The notes under the pieces are model-generated. The model was not told the DNA's origin and searched no databases. It saw only the letters and a list, made by a program, of their open reading frames with translations. This document shows, piece after piece, positions 1 through 11,038 of a stretch of 64,000 nucleotides of DNA; positions within the stretch are counted from its first letter, which is position 1; every line of letters begins with the position of its first letter. The translations under genes were made by a program, and so were the position numbers. This DNA comes from Paragordius varius (Eukaryota > Animalia > Nematomorpha): contig OZ176053.1 in the NCBI GenBank assembly GCA_964247055.1, forward strand, positions 12,896,001 to 12,960,000, read 5' to 3'.

Positions 1-1230
1 GAGGTCATAACGGTATTTAGTATATATGCCCCGCAAATAGGTTTACCGAAACAAGAAAAGGAGCAATTTTACGAGACTCTAGATGAAAAAATAGTCGCTC
101 TCCCTCAGCTCAGAGTCAAGTTTTTATGTGGGGATTTTAATGGTCATCTTGGTTCAAAAGGGGAATCTTTTGAAATATGGCACGGGGGACATTCTTATGG
201 AGAAAGAAACGAGGAAGGAATTAATTTGCTCAGATTCGCACAATCTCACAATTTGGCGATAGCGAACACGTTTTTCGAAAAAAGAGAGAGTCATCTAGTA
301 ACTTTTAAGAGCGGCATAAACAAATCTCAAATAGATTTTATACTTGTTCCAAGAGACTTATTAAAGCGTGTAATAGATTGTAAGGTGGTGCCAAACTTAG
401 AGGTTAGTTCGCAACATAATTTACTTATTTGTAAATCTTTCGTGAAAGAAAAGTATAAACAAAGTGGTTCTTATTCAAAGAGATTAAAAAGTATTAAGTG
501 GGAGAAATTATCCGAGAAAAGGCAGGCTTTTATAAAAGAAATACGGTTATCCGAGGATGGTGGGTTAAATGGTGATTGGGATAAAGTAAGTCAGTTAATC
601 AAAAAGGCAGGAACTCTAGTTTGTGGATTAAAAGGCGGAAAATCTCAAGTATACAGAGAGGCTTGGCTTTACGATGAAAGAATAATATTGATGTCACGAG
701 AAAAAGGTAAGGCTTTTGACAAATGGAGACATACAAGGAATGATGATGATAGAGATAAGTATAAAAGTTTAAATAAGGAATTGAAAAAATTAGTCGGCCA
801 GGTTAAGAAAGAAAAAATGAATTTATTTTATGATGAGTTAAATAGTAAGCAAGGTTTAAACAAAGTGTATAAAGTTGCGCAGCAAAGGAATAAACGCAGG
901 ATGGATTTGCCAGGTTATGCGACTGCAATAAAAGGAAAAGATGGAAGCTTGCTGTGCGAAAATGTAGAAATAATAAAAAGATGGAAAGAGTACTTTGTGA
1001 GTTTAGATGAAGGGGTAGGCGAGATATTTTTGCCAAATACAGTTGAAGCTACTGATAGACCAATAGAAGCAATTACACAAAAGGAAGTAGAATCTAATTT
1101 GTTAGAAATGCCAAACAACAAAGCTGTAGGATCGGACGACATAAATATAAATTGTTGGAAAGTGCTTGGAAATTCTGGACTAAATTTTTTGGAGCGTGTA
1201 TTTAATAAAGTTGTTTCAACGATGGGTTGA
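1..1230 (+). pseudogene. RTE ORF fragment 1: apurinic-like (APE/EEP) endonuclease domain and linker
   Basis: Frame +1 is open from base 1 (EVITVFSIYAPQIGLPKQEKEQFYETL...FLCGDFNGHLG...GERNEEGINLLRFAQSHNLAIANTFF), so the listed start at 226 is not the true start. The frame ends at TGA 1228-1230, where homology shifts to frame +2. Confidence 0.9.
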
Positions 1231-1900
1231 ATGGAAGGAAAGTTTAACTGTGCCTTTATTTAAAGGAAAAGGTGATATAAATGAATGTAGTAACTACAGA
1301 GGGATAAAACTTATGTCACACACTATGAAATTGTTTGAAAAAATAATTAAAAAGCGAATCAGGAAAATGATATCTATAGAAGGAAATCAATTTGTGCCAG
1401 GAAAGTCAACAGTAGATCCTATACATGCGGTCAGGAGGTTGATTGAAAAACACATTGAAAAAAAGAAAGAATTACACGGGGTTTTGATTGATATAGAGAA
1501 GGCGTTTGACAGGATTCCTAGAGAAACTATTTGGTGGAGTCTCCGTAAAAAGGTGCCAGAAAGTTATATTAAGTTGTTACAAATAATGTACGAATCACAC
1601 ACCTCCAGGATTAAAACTCCACAAGGTTTATCAGAGCCCTTTTCAATAAAGCATGGAGTCTACCAAGGCTCATCACTCAGCCCCTTATTGTTTATAATTT
1701 GTATGGACGAGGTAGCCAAGGTTGTTAATGTGAGTTCAGGATGGTACTTAATGTATGCAGATGACATAATCATCTTGTCTGATTCATTAATTGAGTTAAA
1801 GCGAACGGTAAACAGATGGGTTGTTATGCTGGATCAATATGGTCTGAAAGTAAACAAAGCAAAAAACCGAACTTATTACTTTTGGGGGTCCACAACATGA
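1196..1900 (+). pseudogene. RTE ORF fragment 2: reverse transcriptase core
   Basis: Motifs EWKESLTVPLFKGKGD, NYRGIKLMSHTMKLFEKI, DIEKAFD, GVYQGSSLSPLLF and YADD (1754-1765). It is entered by a frameshift at ~1222-1230 and left by an extra A in the A6 run at 1861-1866. Confidence 0.92.
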
Positions 1901-2525
1901 AATGGTAGTTGATGATAGTTGGGTTCTGAAGGGTAAAGAAAGTTGCAAATATCTGGGAGCTATGTTAAGTGCAGATGGTTCGTTAACTGACGATATTAAT
2001 TTAAGAATAAAGAGCAGCTGGGTAAATTGGAAGAAAATTTCGAGCGTATTATGCGATCGAAATATTGATGTTAGAGTGAAAGGTAAGATATACAGTTCAG
2101 TTGTCCAGCCCTCAATGATGTATAATTCACAGACATGGGGTGTCAAAAAATCCGAAGAAAGACAATTTAACGTGACTGAAATAAAAATGCTCAGAATGAT
2201 GTGTGGGGTAACTAGAAAGGACAGAATCGAGAATAGATTTATTCGTGGGAGCACAGATATTAAACCAATAGTGGAAAGAATGTCAAAAAATAGGCTACGT
2301 TGGTTCGGGCACATTGAAAGGAGAGATTCTAATTATATTGCAAAAGTAATAGATGGTTATATAGTTGAGGGAAAACGAGGACGTGGGCGACCTAAAACAA
2401 AATGGATAGATACAGTAAAAAGAGAGCTAGCAGAATACGAGCTTAATGCAGAGGACGCCATAGATAGAGTTTTATGGCGAGACAGGTTGTATAACATGAC
2501 CGCTCTCACGAGTGAAAACATGTAA
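1867..2525 (+). pseudogene. RTE ORF fragment 3: RT thumb and RTE C-terminal domain
   Basis: Frame +3 continues as (K)TELITFGGPQHEMVV...CKYLGAML...RLRWFGHIERR...GKRGRGRPKTKWIDTV and stops at TAA 2523-2525. Confidence 0.9.
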
Positions 2526-2556
2526 TGTAATAATAATAATAATAATAATAAAAAAA
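2523..2556 (+). repeat. RTE 3' tail: TAATG(TAA)8 plus A5
   Basis: Read directly as taatg taa x8 aaaaa, starting at the ORF stop codon. Confidence 0.9.
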
Positions 2557-2689
2557 GCTCCTCAAACTTCCCATTTTTATTTCACAGTATTTTTAATATA
2601 TTTTTTATACTAACGCTAAAAATAAAGCTAATTTATCAAATTCACCTCTAAGACATGAATTTTTTATTATTTTTTATTACGGTATGGCA

Positions 2690-2900
2690 CATATGTCATT
2701 TTCGCTAAATTTTTTCAGATTTTTCTATAAAATAATATAAAGTTAAAATAATTCTGATTTAATATTTCGGTTTATCAATCTTATATAAGTGCGAATTTTC
2801 GTAACGGTTTTAGGTTACATGCTTTTATAAGGCCTAGTGTCACCAGGACGCAATTCGAATCAAAGGACCGAAATGAATGTGATTGTATCCAAGCGTTTAA
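2690..2900. repeat. Degenerate dispersed repeat; inverted copy at ~10290-10500 and related arm at ~10798-10834
   Basis: TTTATCAATCTTATATAAGTGC...AGGCCTAGTGTCACCAGGACGCAATTCGAATCAAAGGACCGAAATGAATGT matches the reverse complement of 10306-10420 (TTTATTAATCTTATATAAGTGC...AGGCCTGGGGTATTTAAGACCCCAATTTGAATCGAAGGACAAAAATGAATGT). Confidence 0.65.
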
Positions 2901-5696
2901 ATATTTTTGTTTTTAACTTTATCAACTTTAGTAAACAATTATGTTAGTGTATATTTATCTCATTTTATACTATCATATATTTGAATTTGTATTATTATGT
3001 ATAAAACGTTTAAATTCAAATTATTAAATTATTGTTCGTATTCTGTTACATAGTCATTTGTAATTTTGGAACTTTTAAATTAAATATTCTTATAACTATC
3101 AAATCCTTTTTGAGATTGTAAATGATTATATCATAGATATATATTAGGATTAGTTTTATTGGCAAGAAATTTATAATTTAGTAAATATATATTAAGAAAC
3201 GTTTTTGCGATCTCCAATTTGTTTTAATGATTTAGGTATCTTTTAACACATCATCATATCATATTTAGTAATCCTTAAGTGACTATAAAATGCACACATT
3301 TTTTATCAATTTAACATGATATTCAATATATCCTCCAACCAAACAAGACTAAAACCTTTCCTTTATAAATGAAGGCTACATCGCTTCTATAACAAAATAT
3401 TTGTGTCCTATCCATAGAATGCAATTTAAATGTTTTTGAAAATATTTTCAGAATAATAAACCTTTAAATAAACGCCTCTATAAAATTTTGAAATATTTAT
3501 CAATTCTCTTCAATACATTATTTCAAATTAAGCTAATGAATGTCACTTTCATATTTAAATGTTAATGTTTAATTCTTTGTTATTAAACGGATAAATGGCA
3601 AGCTCCTAAGGAAAATAAATAATTAATTAAAATATGGTATAAGCATTGTAATAAGTCAATGGTTTTAATATATGATAGTAATACAAAAGACTTATTTGCC
3701 AAAGAAGTTATTTATTTTAATTAAAAAAAACAAATTTAGTCCTGAGAGAAGCTTATATCAATTCATTTTATAAGTGAAAAAATCCATAGGTTTGATCAAT
3801 TGAATGTAATAAATATAAATATGTTATATAATAAAGTGTTGATTCTGTGGGAAAATTACACTGATTATTAAAAATCGTCTTGAAAATCAGAATATAGATT
3901 TTTTTATAATTGCTATATAATTACTCATATTATTGTGGCCTAATGGTAAAAATGTACATGAAAGAAACCGGCCAATATTATTATTTAAAAGTACACAGAA
4001 AGGAGCAAGTTCATTTAAATAACCATAGATTTTAGTCTACCTCGCTACATAATTTTTGCGCCATTTCAAGGATGATAATTATATTTGGATCATTTTAGTT
4101 TTTTATATTAGCTCAAAGCTATTTTTATTCTAGTAAAATTAATCTTGATGTTTATATTAATTAAACAATAGTTGTACTTTGCATTTTTTGTTTTTTTGTA
4201 AAATTGGTTATTTTTTTGTAATTAGTTTATAAAAAACATTTGATTTTACAATGAATGTAATTAAAATTTGGCATATGCAGTTACTGACATTTATATGCAG
4301 TACATTATTTTAATAATTTGATAAAAAATATTTTTTGATAAACTTAGATGCTAATGTCATTTAGTGGTGGTCACTTTAATGCAAAATTCGTATCTTTTTG
4401 TTTGAATTTATTTTTAATTGTTAATGACATAATAATTTTGCTTTATCGAAAAGGTAACACTATAATAATTTTATCTACGATTTGTATTAAATTAGTTTTT
4501 AATGTTAAAATATTTGATATGATAAAAGCAGGAATATATGCAATTTTCGGGTTTATTCAAAAATATATTTTTTCATATTTTAGTGATGAAAATAATAATT
4601 TTTATATTTTTGAGATAATAAATTTTGTCGATGTCAGCCCGGCCAAGCGAGTGTCAGGCATTCAAAGTCCTAATAAAATACAACTTTTTATTTTTCTCTG
4701 ATATAATACAACTTCTTATTCTTTAAAAAGAAAAACGAAACCCAAACTCAACAATATTGATAATTATTTTTCATATTTGGAGCGATTTTATACAATTTTT
4801 TTTGATTGTTCGAAACAATTGACAAATATCAAATTTAATTTTGGTAGAATCATGTTCAACATTGCGATCAATGTAGATTACTTACATATTTATTTGTAGA
4901 ATTGGTATTTATCAAAGCTATTTTTAGTATTATGCAAAAATATATGCAATAAATCTTTATGATATTAATATATAAGATTTGTGTAATTATTATAGATTAA
5001 ATTATTGCAAAACAACTTTAAAATACAACCTATACGTTATGTCGTTGCCCAAAAGGTAATATTAGTTTTAAAATTTATTGGTTCATAGTTAATTACAAAC
5101 AAAATTTTATAATACTTGATCAAAAATCTATGATTTAATTTTCAAATCGTTAGATACTAAATTTTTGCCCTCTTTCGATAACAAAAATGAAGTAATCATT
5201 ATTATTTATACAATTTTGCTAATTAAAACCGTAAAATATGTGAAAATTGGTAAGAATCTTTTCGAATTAATTTAAATTATGTTCATGACTTTTTTCTTTT
5301 ATTATATATAAAAAAATATTATAAACGATTAAAAATACAGTCAGGGCTTATACGCAATCAAATACAAGAACAACTAGGCACAAAATTGACATGGATTGTA
5401 AAATAAGATCATCGCATAAATTAATATACAAATTTCAGTCAAAACAACATTTTTAATGCAACATTTTTCATCCAAACCAGAATTTTTCTTGAGTAGCTGC
5501 ACAACCGTGTATACAACAAAACATTTTTATGTTTTGATTTCAGTATTTAGTAATTCTAACAGACTAAAAATAAAACCACATAGTTTACTTTTACTATAAT
5601 GCGAATATCCATGTAAGAAAAATATATATTTTATTAACAAATTTTAAGTTATTAAGTCTGAAATGTTAGCAAACAGCTATAGTTAAAATCTAAATA

Positions 5697-6375
5697 CTTA
5701 TAATACAGTAGAATTACTGTAAGCTCTGGGGTAAATACCTGCCCCAAAATAGGGAAAAATAAAAACGTAAGGAAGTGTAAATTTACATCTAATAATACCT
5801 GAAGTTTTTGAGACTTAATTATGAGGATCTCATAAGAAATATTATATTAGCTGTTTGCTATCTAAAATTCGGACTCTATAAAGGGTATAATAATTAAATT
5901 TTGCCCAAGAAAACTTATAATACAGTAGTATTACTTTAACCTCTGGCGTCATAGTCTACCCCAAACAAAATCTCGGACAAAACAGACCCACCTACACTTT
6001 CCGATATTTCATTAAGTGGATCTAAAAATAAATATTAAATTTAGATCATAGTATAGTTGTTTGATATCTGAATTTCTGACTCTATAACTTAAGAAGCTGT
6101 AAAAAATTCAATTTATTTTTAGAGGGTTAAATAATTTAATATTATTGTAAGCTCTGGGGTCAAAACGCGGACAAAAAATACAAACGTCAATGTATTAAAC
6201 ATTATAACTTAAAAATAATATTTCTTATAAGATCCACAACATGAATTATCAGAAACTCAAATGGTATTAAATACTTCTTTTTAATTCATTTCATTTCGTT
6301 TGTCTAGACTTTGACTCCAGAGCTTGAAGTAATACTACTGTATTAAAAGTTTTTTTGGGTAAAATTTTATTACAA
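5697..6375. repeat. Cluster of three degenerate ~215-bp TIR-bearing (MITE-like) units: two direct, third inverted
   Basis: CTTATAATACAGTAG occurs at 5697 and 5914 (217 bp apart) and inverted at ~6336-6350. TAAGCTCTGGGG-like motifs occur at 5720, 5937 and 6148, and inverted at 6317-6326. GGATCTCATAAGAAATATTAT (5825-5845) has an inverted copy at 6215-6235. Confidence 0.7.
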
Positions 6376-6403
6376 AAGCATAAAATTATTTTTAAAAATT
6401 TTA

Positions 6404-6915
6404 ATTTTTGATGTGGACTCCGAAAGTCCCTTCGCTCCTCAAATAAGGGCTGGTCATTTTAAAATAAATGCAAAAATGCGGGGATTGCGCGCTAAAAGTT
6501 TTTTTTGCTAAATTTGGATATCAACTCAGTTGAATTTAAAAAATGTAAACTTTCAAATATATTTTGTTGAAGCCTACTTTATACTAGTTGATGCTTACTG
6601 GAAACGGTATATAAACGCTTTAAGAAAAAACTTTTTCCACATAATTTGATGATGATGAACATTATTACTTCAATAAAGATTAAAATATTCCGTTCTGAAA
6701 CCGTTTTGCCTCAAAATAGTATGAAATACGCTTCAACCAAATTTTGCTAAAAATTTTATGAAAAAACATATTTATAGATATTTATAGTTGACAAAATTTA
6801 GTTTATATTTTATCTTTTTATTGCGCAATATCGGCATTTTCGCGTTTATTTTCAGAAAACTAGCCTATTTTAGAGAACAAAATTTTGCGACTCTTGGAGC
6901 CCACATCTAATAATT
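6404..6915. mobile_element. Putative non-autonomous foldback/MITE element with ~110-120-bp imperfect terminal inverted repeats
   Basis: GATGTGGACTCCGAAAGTC (6410-6428) matches the reverse complement of 6889-6907 (GATGTGGGCTCCAAGAGTC) at 16/19. The inverted similarity continues inward (AAATA-GGCT-GT...AAAATAAA-GC-AAAATGC...ATTGCGC...CTAAATTT...TCAACT). No clear target-site duplication. Confidence 0.55.
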
Positions 6916-7728
6916 AAATTTTTTTATTTTATTTTTTATAGATAGTTTATTCGACGATATTTGGACTGCATTTGGCTTTGACCAAAAAAATTTATTACAA
7001 AAATGCTCTCAGAATTCGCCATTTATTATATAGATCTCTTACCACAAAATTTTAATAACTTTATAATATCACTTGTAGGCCCAAAACCAAAAGTACCTGA
7101 TAACCCTGTTAGGTTTTACTATATATTTCATTTATGGGGATAGTGTATATGCTTACATGGGCCACATTTTGCGTAGCTAACCAAGAATAATCCTTTAACA
7201 TTCCCTATTTTTGTTAGATACAACCGAACTTCAACGAAATGAGATGCCCAAAAAGGTAAAATTTATCATTTAAAAATTAACAATACCATAAGGCGTGTAA
7301 AAATTATTGTTAATAAAAAAAAAATGTTTTTTCTCAATGCAAAATAATTTAAACTGGGGGTGTCCAACACTGCCTAATAAGTCTATCCAATTAGGAATTT
7401 AAAATTTTTATATTGCGCTTGCTATTTACGGTTTTAGGTATAAATATAAATAATGTCCATATATATTTCAAATAAGGCCCGCGAAGCCATTTGTTTTAAA
7501 TTAAAGGTTACATAGAGTAGCGTATAAGAAGTTTATATCTCTAATTATCCAAACACAATTTTAACACAGAGGACAAAATTATGCTATAAATAGTTGTTAA
7601 TAAACATCAAAAAATTTCGAAACTTTTGAGCTAATTATGATTATTTATTTCAGTCTAATCAAATTACAAATTTCAAATAGTGTTAAGTAAAGGCCTGCAC
7701 TATATTTTTAAGAGAGCAAAATAGATAG

Positions 7729-8385
7729 CCAAGTGTTACGTCGTGCCTAATTTGCAATGTGCAATAATTAACAAATTATAAATACCTTAATTTACAAATA
7801 AGTATTATATTAATTTTTATTAAATATAAATAATTTTCTATCATATCAATTTTTCTATTATTAGTGTGATGACAGAATAAACATAATCTAAATTCGTCAT
7901 CAAATTAAAAAATATAATAGGCTAAATAAATTCATAAATATATATTGAAATCTATTTTCCATTTGTGTTTTTTTACTATATCAGGTGTAATTATCAAATA
8001 AGATAGACAGATAATGAAAAGACTAATGTTATTTTTAAGTGAATTAATTTCAATATTAATGTTTGACATTTAAAAATTTTGTTATATAATAGTAAATAAT
8101 ATTAATATTTGTATAAGAATAATAACTCGATGGCCGGCTCTTTGTATTTCTTCCTGGGAATAATACGCAAATCATCTAAAAAATAAAAAAATTAAATATA
8201 TTCAATGATGAATAGATTCTTTGGGACTAATTATTTATAACAGCAAAATATGGAGATCGTTACATTAGCCTACAATTGAATAAGGGTCTATAGTAATCAA
8301 GGAGAGGCCTTATAAAACAGAAATTTAGAAGATCTGATAAAGACAAGGACGAAAAGATTATGTTACAATTTTTTTTATTTTTTAG
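7729..8385 (+). repeat. ~655-bp direct repeat, copy 1 (copy 2 at 11039-11693)
   Basis: Both copies start CCAAGTGTTACGTCG and are collinear to ...GACAAGGACGAAAAGATTATGTTACA...TTTT(T/C)TAG. The offset is 3308-3310 bp and identity is roughly 90% by eye. Confidence 0.92.
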
Positions 8386-10299
8386 GTAATTTGAGTATTA
8401 TTTCCTCGAAAAACAAGGAGCCCGCCATTAACGAGTTATTACTTATACAAATATTAATTTTATTTAAATATAACATAATATATAAATGCCAAACATTAAT
8501 GGTGGAGTTAAAACATGAATATATGATTAAAAACAGATATTAATGGTATATAATATATCATCACTGCCCCAGTTCATGAATATAAGAGTTTTAAAAAGAA
8601 AACAGTCAAATACTATTCATCTCTTAATTAACAAGATAAAGAAAAAGCTTATAATGGTTTGAATTAGATATAATAACTAACAAGAAACGAGCTAAAAATA
8701 TTGAAAGATTATTAGATCATATAACAGTGTGCCCGTAGTAGCTAAGATCAAAATTGTATATAAGTTGGCGGAAAATTGATCTCGACGTAGCTAAAGATAT
8801 GACCAAGAATATCAAAAAATTTCTTTTGTTAAAAGATCAATAATAGATGATTATTTAATCGTAATAAAGTTATTGTATGGAATGAAATGAAGTGAAATTC
8901 GATAAATAGCTGAGTGAAATATGCAACAATGTAAGTTGTAAACTAGGGATATAAGTTTATGTCGAGAATAGGGATAATGTTTGCTTTTAACATTTTTATA
9001 GCCTCCTTTTGTTCCTGTTATTATAGGCTTTAATTTTTGGGTCTAATTGTGTTCTCAAAATACGATAACTTCATTTAGTGACATTGACCTGTTTGAAATT
9101 ACAGGGTTTTTATGTTATTGCAGCGTCCACCAATATCATATTTTCAAAGCAATTAACATTTCGCTTTTTATGAACCAACACACCTGTATATATTAACAAT
9201 ACATGGAGGATAAAAATTAAATCTTATTTTTGTTGATGGCTCAATATAATATTTTACATCAGGAGTCGGCAAACAAGGGTTCACATACTAAAATTGGCCG
9301 GCCGTGTGTTTTTATATGGCTTACCAAAGTATAGTATTTCAAAAAATGAAGTTTAACAGCATTTTGCAAAATCTAATTCATTTCACCAGATATTTTATAT
9401 ATTCATATGTTTGCACATAAACTTGCTTAAATTTACAACCATGTTTCACTATTATAGATGTCAATTTTTGATTTATTGGTATAATAAAATCAAAATATAG
9501 AGCGAGGTTCACGGATGAAAATTCGCAAAATTCGTTGAGAGTATCATCGAAAAGACATTGTGTAAAAATCCTGGGAAAAAATTGAATTATATAGGTTTTG
9601 TTACATTTTCATTTTAATATAAGAACATGCATTCAGTAATTTCCTAGACTTTTCGCACATTAAAATTCATTTAATAATGAATCCACCTTCTGTATTAATA
9701 AATTTTGAATTTATTAAAAAACGTCTAACTACCTTATAATCACTACAATAATAAATCTCATATGAAACAAATTGTGGGCAAAGTTTTATTTAGAAATAAT
9801 CTTTTTTATACAATTTTACATATAATAATATTTCTTAGCGCAGTCTCGGTTATTGTGGGAGACCAATCTAAACATTTAATTTTTATCAAAAAATTCTTGT
9901 TATAGTTTATGACATAAATGATATATTTTGGAAAATTTATTTTCCCTTAAATAAATTATTCAGATATTATATTTTCGTATGAGGTTAATACCATAAAAGT
10001 GGTCACTTTATTGCCTAATACAAAAGGACATACATGATGATATATATATTTTATTAAAAATCAATCTTTTATTTGTGCAATGTGGTATCAATAATATTAA
10101 ATACGTTTTTTTTATTTTAGAAAAAGGCCCCATGGGTCCAACAATACGATGTGAGGGAATAACACGTATTTTTTATATTTTATTTGCTTCCAATTATATT
10201 GTTAATGAATGTTTATTATATGGATGGTAAATTGAAATTTAAAATACGAGAATCTTCATATGGCAATAATTTACTAATCTTTCAATCTTTTTAACACGA

Positions 10300-10840
10300 T
10301 GCAACACATTCATTTTTGTCCTTCGATTCAAATTGGGGTCTTAAATACCCCAGGCCTATTTAAAATATGGAAGGAATCGAAAACATCTGCACTTATATAA
10401 GATTAATAAACTAAAATATATAAAAAATTTTATTCAAAAATACGTGATATTACTTATTTTGAGCTAAAAACGAGAATTAAAAATTTCGTCAAGACATGCT
10501 CGCAATGATAAAATTGAAAAATAAGACAAAATAAACTGCTTTTTCCATTTCAATCAATGCTAGAAGTAAATTAAGTAAAAATTCGCTTCAATTTTACCCT
10601 TAAAATTAAATAAAGACAATATTTTGCAAAAATTATTTAAAATAAAAATGGCGTCAAAGTAGTTTGACGCGGAACTTTTTTTTCAAATAAAAATTTTAGT
10701 TAGATATATTGCCATATATATTTAATTTATATAAGGATAGACATAAATTTAATTTGGGACCGTTTCCTTCAATAATTTTTTACACCTACATCAAATTTAG
10801 TCTGGGTATTTAGATTTCCCAATTTGAATCAAAGTGTAGC
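10300..10840. mobile_element. Putative degenerate foldback/MITE element with inverted arms
   Basis: CTTCGATTCAAATTGGGGTCTTAAATACCCCAGGCCTA (10320-10358) is an inverted match to TAGTCTGGGTATTTAGATTTCCCAATTTGAATCAAAG (10798-10834). Weaker inverted similarity (GAAGGAA, CTTATATAA-ATTAA) continues inward. Confidence 0.4.
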
Positions 10841-11038
10841 CCGCTTCTTGATATCATGTCTAAAGCAAACCAACATATGATGTTATTTTTTATTTCGTTT
10901 ATTCAAGAGGTGAATAGCTTTTGACGGGTTTAGTGTTAAAACTCTTATATTCATGAACCTTTGATGTCTTGTTGGCTAAATTTTTAGTTTGTTTATATAA
11001 AAGTGATAATTTTTTTAAAAGAAATTGAATGTTTTCAT

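Larger units (their letters stand above)
1..2556 (+). mobile_element. RTE-clade non-LTR retrotransposon (LINE), 3' portion; 5' end outside the window; inactivated by frameshifts
   Basis: The single-ORF layout runs APE endonuclease, then RT, then C-terminal domain, with RTE-typical motifs: YAPQ, GDFNGH, NTFF, QIDFIL, NYRGIKLMSHTMK, QGSSLSPLLF, YADD, KYLG, RLRWFGHIERR and GKRGRGRP. It ends in a short tandem (TAA)n tail, as is typical of RTE elements. Confidence 0.95.

Noticed and set aside
803-1142. Minus-strand ORFs 803-1036 and 915-1142
   Set aside because: They are antisense shadows of the RTE ORF with low-complexity L/F/S-rich translations and no recognisable motif.
1796-2314. Minus-strand 172-aa ORF
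   Set aside because: It lies entirely antisense to the RTE RT and C-terminal region and has no independent motif.
4348-4701. 117-aa plus-strand ORF
   Set aside because: The F/I/L/N/K-rich translation is what AT-rich non-coding DNA produces by chance. No domain is recognisable.
5023-7266. Short similar words at 5023-5066 and 7218-7266 (ATACAACC...TGCCCAAAAGGTAA), and GTGGTCACTTTA at ~4367 and ~9999
   Set aside because: The matches are too short to define an element without a genome-wide search.
8230-8900. Possible decayed coding relic (fragments such as IVIKERPYKTEI and TAPVHEYKSFKKKTVKYYSSLN), considered as a Ty3/gypsy pol or transposase remnant
   Set aside because: All frames have frequent stops and no diagnostic catalytic motif is visible. 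A TBLASTX or HMM search would be needed to support it.
9560-9660. Short imperfect inverted repeat (TGTG..AAAA..CT.GGAAA...TGAAT)
   Set aside because: It has about 8 mismatches in 29 bp in AT-rich sequence, too weak to call.
10306-10322. Derivation of the satellite from the flanking MITE-like families (shared AAGGACAAA and GAATGT words; 179-bp unit at 6148-6326)
   Set aside because: The shared words are only 6-9 bp in AT-rich DNA and no collinear alignment was visible. The length match may be coincidence.
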